Below, piece after piece: positions 60,018-64,000 of a stretch of DNA of 64,000 nucleotides. How positions within the stretch are numbered: the stretch's first letter is position 1; each line of letters opens with the position of its first letter. The stretch covers positions 10,947 through 74,946 of the forward strand of contig CAWDLC010000015.1 in assembly GCA_963803045.1 (NCBI GenBank). Reading direction: 5' to 3'. Both the position numbers and the translations under genes were made by a program. Below the pieces are notes generated by a model. It was not told where the DNA came from, made no database searches, and worked only from the letters and a program-made list of their open reading frames with translations. The DNA comes from Candidatus Binataceae bacterium. GTDB lineage: Bacteria; Desulfobacterota; Binatia; Binatales; Binataceae.

Positions 60018-60087
60018 GCGTACCCGCGATGCCATTGCCACGTTGGAGCGCTCGCAGGCTCGCTAAAATTACGCAGGATTTTGGTTG

Positions 60088-60166
60088 GTCGGGGTCGCCG
60101 GATTTGAACCGGCGACGACACGCACCCCAAGCGTGTGCGCTACCAGGCTGCGCTATCCAGCCGGGC
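60088..60166 (-). tRNA. tRNA-Pro(GGG)-like gene, acceptor stem with two mismatches (possible pseudogene or indel-affected)
   Basis: Minus strand: D-arm GCGCAGCCTGGTAGCGC, anticodon stem-loop CACGC-TTGGGGT-GCGTG, T-arm GCCGGTTCAAATCCGGC, 3-prime GACCCCGACCA. The 5-prime strand CGGGCTG does not pair fully. Confidence 0.5.
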
Positions 60167-60397
60167 GCGGGCCGCCGCTCAAGAGCGACCTGCTGGTCGA
60201 GCCATATGAGATCACAGGCACTTACAAATGGAAGGGCTGCGGCAGAGACAAAACGCTTAAGGGTGACTATGGCACTTTCGAGATAACCGACTAGCAGCTA
60301 TCAGCGCGGCGAAGGTCGTACGGACGCGCGACGCTCCTGCGTCCGATGCGCTGCGTGACGAACGTGCCACTGCGATATTGGGGCATTCAATTCAAGG

Positions 60398-60453
60398 GAT
60401 GGATGGCGCGCCATGAGGGACTTGAATCCCCGACCTGATGATCCGTAGTCAGA
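60398..60453 (-). repeat. 56-bp direct repeat = 3-prime part of tRNA-Arg(ACG) plus 10 bp flank (att-like remnant)
   Basis: 60398-60453 matches 62854-62909 with one mismatch (GAATCCCC vs GAACCCCC). Covers tRNA from anticodon stem to CCA plus GGATGGATGG flank. Confidence 0.7.
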
Positions 60454-60762
60454 TTACGCCTATGACCTCGGTTGCGCTCGGTTGCTTTCCATCAATGTTT
60501 CCAAGGTTTTTTCGCGAAGCATCTGCGCTCGGTATTCGAGCGTAGCCGTGAGTTCGTTCATAGATCGATCATAATTTTCCCGATTGATCACAGATCCTCA
60601 AGCCCGCGAGAGCGCTCGCGCTCGATGACGATCTCGCAGTGCCGCGCGCACAGCTCGATCTGGCAAACGCGACGACCAGCGGTGGAACCACGCTGATGGA
60701 TACGAGAAACTCGTGATCGGGGCGGTAGGAAACCCCTAACACGATCTCGTCAGGATCGCCGA

Positions 60763-61059
60763 TCACTTCTTGCGTTTCGATAGAAATTCGGTAATCAGAG
60801 CGATGCGCAACAGCTCCTCCATTTTATCGTTCGAGAGTAGAGTCTCCGCGCGCCCCCTGGCGAGGAAGAACAACTCCCGCCGATCGACGCCGAGCACCTC
60901 GGCCAGACGGGTTACGATCTTGTCCGACGGATGACGCTTGCCCGACTCCAGATGCTCGATATACGGAGTGGAGGTCTTGATCCGTCGAGCCACCTCTTCC
61001 TGCCTCAGGTCGAGCTGCCGACGGCGATCGCGAAGCACCTGACCGAAACTGCGTTCCAT
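60763..61059 (-). CDS. XRE-family HTH regulator
   Basis: 98 aa, …LRDRRRQLDLRQEEVARRIKTSTPYIEHLESGKRHPSDKIVTRLAEVLGVD…. Confidence 0.6.
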   Translation of the reverse strand: MERSFGQVLRDRRRQLDLRQEEVARRIKTSTPYIEHLESGKRHPSDKIVTRLAEVLGVDRRELFFLARGRAETLLSNDKMEELLRIALITEFLSKRKK

Positions 61060-61521
61060 GACCGTTGTCCCCTTGATGAGACGTTTACTTTTTGATCCGG
61101 CGAGAGAATTTTCCCCCGAATCTCTTTATAGTGTCGTCGATGCTGCTTCCTCAACCGTCGGCGCTGTCCTAGTTTCGAGTCGATTGTCCTAAATTGAAAT
61201 CGCGGCTGTCCTAATTTCCCTTGAGGCGTGGATCGTCGCTCGCGACACGGATTGAGCGTTTCAGTCGTTCTCGCACGGCAGGATCGCGGTCCGGCTTTTG
61301 CCGCATCAACGCTAGGCGAACTTCTTCGCACGGATCTGCGGTGTCGAAACCCTGATTGATGACCCACTGGCTAAGCGGGGCATTAGACCAAGACCTTTTA
61401 TCATTCTCAAGGAGTGGCAGCACCATCAGATACCCAACCCACAAGCGCGAGCGCGGCGGCATGGCGGGGGTTCATTGCGAGAGCGACTTAGCAGATAGGC
61501 GCGCGACCGACAAATGGACGC

Positions 61522-62244
61522 TCAATTTCTGCTGGATGGACCGATTGCGCGTCGCCCTCGTCGCGCTGGGCTCGCCCACGCGACCTTAAAGACGCTCCTC
61601 CAATCAGGCGGCAACTCGGGAGTAACGCTGGATCCAGAGCCGGTCAGAAGGCGCGTGTATCGGTCTACTATTTCCTCCAGCAACCCCAGGCACTCATCTA
61701 GTTCACCAAGCTTCCGTCTTTCGATCTCCTGCGCGTCACGATGTGCGATTCGCTTGTTGACATAGCGCTCCATTTTCTCAGTGACTTCACTGAGGCGCTT
61801 TATGTCCCGTTCGACATATGCGGATTCCACCCTCGTCGTGTTGGCCCCAACCAACTCGCTGAATTGAGCGTCGGCGCGAGATTCAAGTTCGGGTCGGAAG
61901 TGGCGAAGAAAGTTCGCTCGCGAAAGAAGTTCAGGACTCGTGTGTAGCGTCGCTTCTATCTCTATCAGTAGCTTCTTGAGGGAAACACTTCGCGAATCCT
62001 TGTCGAGCTGCCGCCGTATCCCGACCGCAGTCGCAATGCCATGATTGGTCGCGATCCAGTCGTTGAATAGCCGATGGCTGAGTGCGCGAGGATTTGCCGC
62101 CAAGATTTTCTGGACTTCCCAAAAGATTTTAGCACCTAGTAGTAAACTCCTTACCTCGTCCCGAATGATCCTCAGTTCAAGGATCCAGCGGCGAAGCTTT
62201 TTGAGTCGATCAGATTCTTGGTCTGCTCTCACTAGTATCACCAC
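61522..62244 (-). CDS. hypothetical protein inside the tRNA-Arg-flanked islet
   Basis: 240 aa, no recognisable domain; 16 positions carry other small ORFs of doubtful reality. Confidence 0.35.
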   Translation of the reverse strand: MVILVRADQESDRLKKLRRWILELRIIRDEVRSLLLGAKIFWEVQKILAANPRALSHRLFNDWIATNHGIATAVGIRRQLDKDSRSVSLKKLLIEIEATLHTSPELLSRANFLRHFRPELESRADAQFSELVGANTTRVESAYVERDIKRLSEVTEKMERYVNKRIAHRDAQEIERRKLGELDECLGLLEEIVDRYTRLLTGSGSSVTPELPPDWRSVFKVAWASPARRGRRAIGPSSRN

Positions 62245-62863
62245 GAATGTTCTTCATCATAAGGCCGCCGCCTTCTCGCGCGCCATCGCTCCACGATCGC
62301 GCCCACAAAGGGACGGGACGAAGGATTCTGCGTGCTCTGCTCACAAATTGGCTGCTCGCCGTTCGCGATTGCGCGGCACCTCGCCGCCGGGCACGATCTG
62401 ACCCCGCGCTGTACGCCCACCATGGCGGCTGACGTGGCGAATCGGCTAAGGTCAGTTGAAGAAGCTAGAGGCAATGGGCGAGCACGGCGATCATCGTGAA
62501 AAACGGCACTGCGGGTAAGGTCTGCTCAAGATGCAGAGATTGGAAACCGCTTGATGATTTCCCAAACGACCGGACACATCTAGCATCACAGGGTGGAAAG
62601 CATTGTCGGTGCAAAGAATGCCACCGCGAGGTTTCGCGGCTGCGGCGTCAGTCAAATTAAAGCCTGAGCGGGGCAACTGAGCGGCGCGTTCAGGCGGCGG
62701 CGCGGCGGGGTTTCGATAACCGCTGCACTGCCGTTGCCCCCAACTCGCGCGCGCAGCGCTTGGCCGTCGATGCCGAGCGTTTCGCAGACATTGTTAAACG
62801 AGAACGGCCCGTCACCGCCGTCATCGAACATCCAACCGATCGCCGAGGCGGCAACGGATGGAT

Positions 62864-62939
62864 GGCGCGCCATGAGGGACTTGAACCCCCGACCTGATGA
62901 TCCGTAGTCATCCGCTCTAATCCACTGAGCTAATGGCGC
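62864..62939 (-). tRNA. tRNA-Arg (anticodon ACG)
   Basis: Minus strand GCGCCATTAGCTCAGTGGATTAGAGCGGATGACTACGGATCATCAGGTCGGGGGTTCAAGTCCCTCATGGCGCGCCA; anticodon loop CTACGGA. Confidence 0.85.
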
Positions 62940-63135
62940 ATCGGGATCCTAGAAATTTTCATATCGCGGGTCCGCGAGCAAGCCGCTGGCGTCCGCGCCC
63001 CTGACCTTCAAACAGACTCGAAGCCGGGGCCGCACCCCTGGCCGTGGCGACGGCAGCGCACTATTAAGCCGTTGGCAGAGGCCGCGCCCGCCAACGGCGG
63101 GCGGCCTTAACGGTGGGTGCAGGGGTCACCCCTGC

Positions 63136-64000
63136 TCACCCCTGCTGCGCGGCGGGAATCCAGACGGAGACCGTCGTGCCTTCATGCACCTTGCTCTCGA
63201 TCCGCAGCGCGCCATGATGCAACTGCACGATGTGCTTGACGATCGCCAGGCCCAGGCCCGTGCCGCCGAGCTCGCGCGAGCGGGCGCGATCGACGCGATA
63301 GAATCGCTCCGTCAGGCGCGGGATATCGGCGGCTGGAATTCCCTCGCCGGTATCCGCGACGACTAGCGTGACACCCGGCTTTGCGTTTGCTCCGTTGGCG
63401 CCCGCGGCTTCGCGAGCCTCGAGCGTGACGCGGCCCTCGCGCGGAGTGTACTTGATCGCGTTGTCGATCAGATTGAGCATCACCTGATGCAAGCGGTCGT
63501 GATCGCCGGCCACCTTCGGCAATCCCGGCGGGCATTTCACTTCCAGGCGCAGGCCGCGCCGCTCCGCCTGCTCGTGCATCAACTCCGCCGCCTCGGACAG
63601 CACGCGCAACGGCTCGAGCTGCTCGAGCTTGAGCGGAGTCAGCCCACGCTCCAGATCTGAAAGCGAGACCAGGTCGTCGAGCAAACGCGCCAGCCGGCGC
63701 GCCTGCCGCTCGATGATGCCGAGAAAGCGCTTCGCGGTTTCGTGATCGTCCACGCCTTCAATGAGGGTTTCGGCGTAGCCGTAGAGCGCACTTAGCGGAG
63801 TGCGCAGCTCGTGGGTGAGGTTCGAAATGAAGTCGGCGCGCAGAGTCTCGTAGGACTTGAGCTGCGTGATGTCGTGGAAGACGAACACCCAGGCCGCGCC
63901 GCGCAAGGTGCGAATCTGCGCGGCGCTGGCGCTCACGTAAAGCGGCGCGGGATTCTGGATCCTGACTTCCGCGCTTATGACGTCATTGCCCGCCGATCGC
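63136..64000 (-). CDS. sensor histidine kinase (HisKA + HATPase_c), N-terminus beyond window end
   Basis: …FISNLTHELRTPLSALYGYAE… (H-box), …MLNLIDNAIKYTP… (N-box), …DTGEGIPAADIPRLTERFYRVD…GGTGLGLAIVKHIV (G-boxes). Confidence 0.8.
   Translation of the reverse strand, partial: RSAGNDVISAEVRIQNPAPLYVSASAAQIRTLRGAAWVFVFHDITQLKSYETLRADFISNLTHELRTPLSALYGYAETLIEGVDDHETAKRFLGIIERQARRLARLLDDLVSLSDLERGLTPLKLEQLEPLRVLSEAAELMHEQAERRGLRLEVKCPPGLPKVAGDHDRLHQVMLNLIDNAIKYTPREGRVTLEAREAAGANGANAKPGVTLVVADTGEGIPAADIPRLTERFYRVDRARSRELGGTGLGLAIVKHIVQLHHGALRIESKVHEGTTVSVWIPAAQQG

Noticed and set aside
60085-60294. 69-aa ORF MVGVAGFEPATT…
   Set aside because: GFEPA is the classic signature of translating a tRNA T-arm antisense; the region is a tRNA gene plus a gene remnant.

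Overview
High-GC bacterial window in which about 28 kb (roughly 6.5-34.2 kb) looks like an integrated mobile element, flanked by metabolic/housekeeping genes and several small tRNA-associated islets. Only part of that 28 kb is a conjugation module: a serine recombinase (resolvase/invertase) and a complete type I-B-like CRISPR-Cas locus (about 7.6-17.5 kb) lie immediately upstream of the Fic gene and T4SS. From left: acyl-CoA dehydrogenase C-terminus and a family III CoA-transferase; a tandem set of DUF1329 genes (one intact, one pseudogene, one 3-prime remnant); a frameshifted DUF72 gene; the serine recombinase, read divergently from the cas operon; cas6-cas8-cas7-cas5-cas3-cas1-cas2-cas4 plus a 13-repeat array of 37-bp repeats; a Fic protein; and an MPF-T-type conjugative module (relaxase, TraG coupling protein, TraF peptidase, TrbB/C/D/E/J/K/L/F/G/I, DUF2274) whose gene order is circularly permuted relative to the canonical Ti/Tn4371 order. 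Downstream: cupin, SMP-30-like, a partial lasso-peptide-like set (PqqD B1, protease B2, ABC exporter, no cyclase), NadE, ArsR/SRPBCC, VOC, FAH, Mop, MsrA, modABC, a TIR-domain protein in a tRNA-Arg-adjacent candidate defense islet with an orphan BrnA-like antitoxin, ilvD, an ABC-2 exporter, PPK2, and a 2.4-kb islet flanked by 56-bp tRNA-Arg(ACG) 3-prime-end direct repeats. At least nine genes need a 1-nt frame change to give the full-length homolog, mostly at G/C runs, so some apparent pseudogenes may be indel errors.
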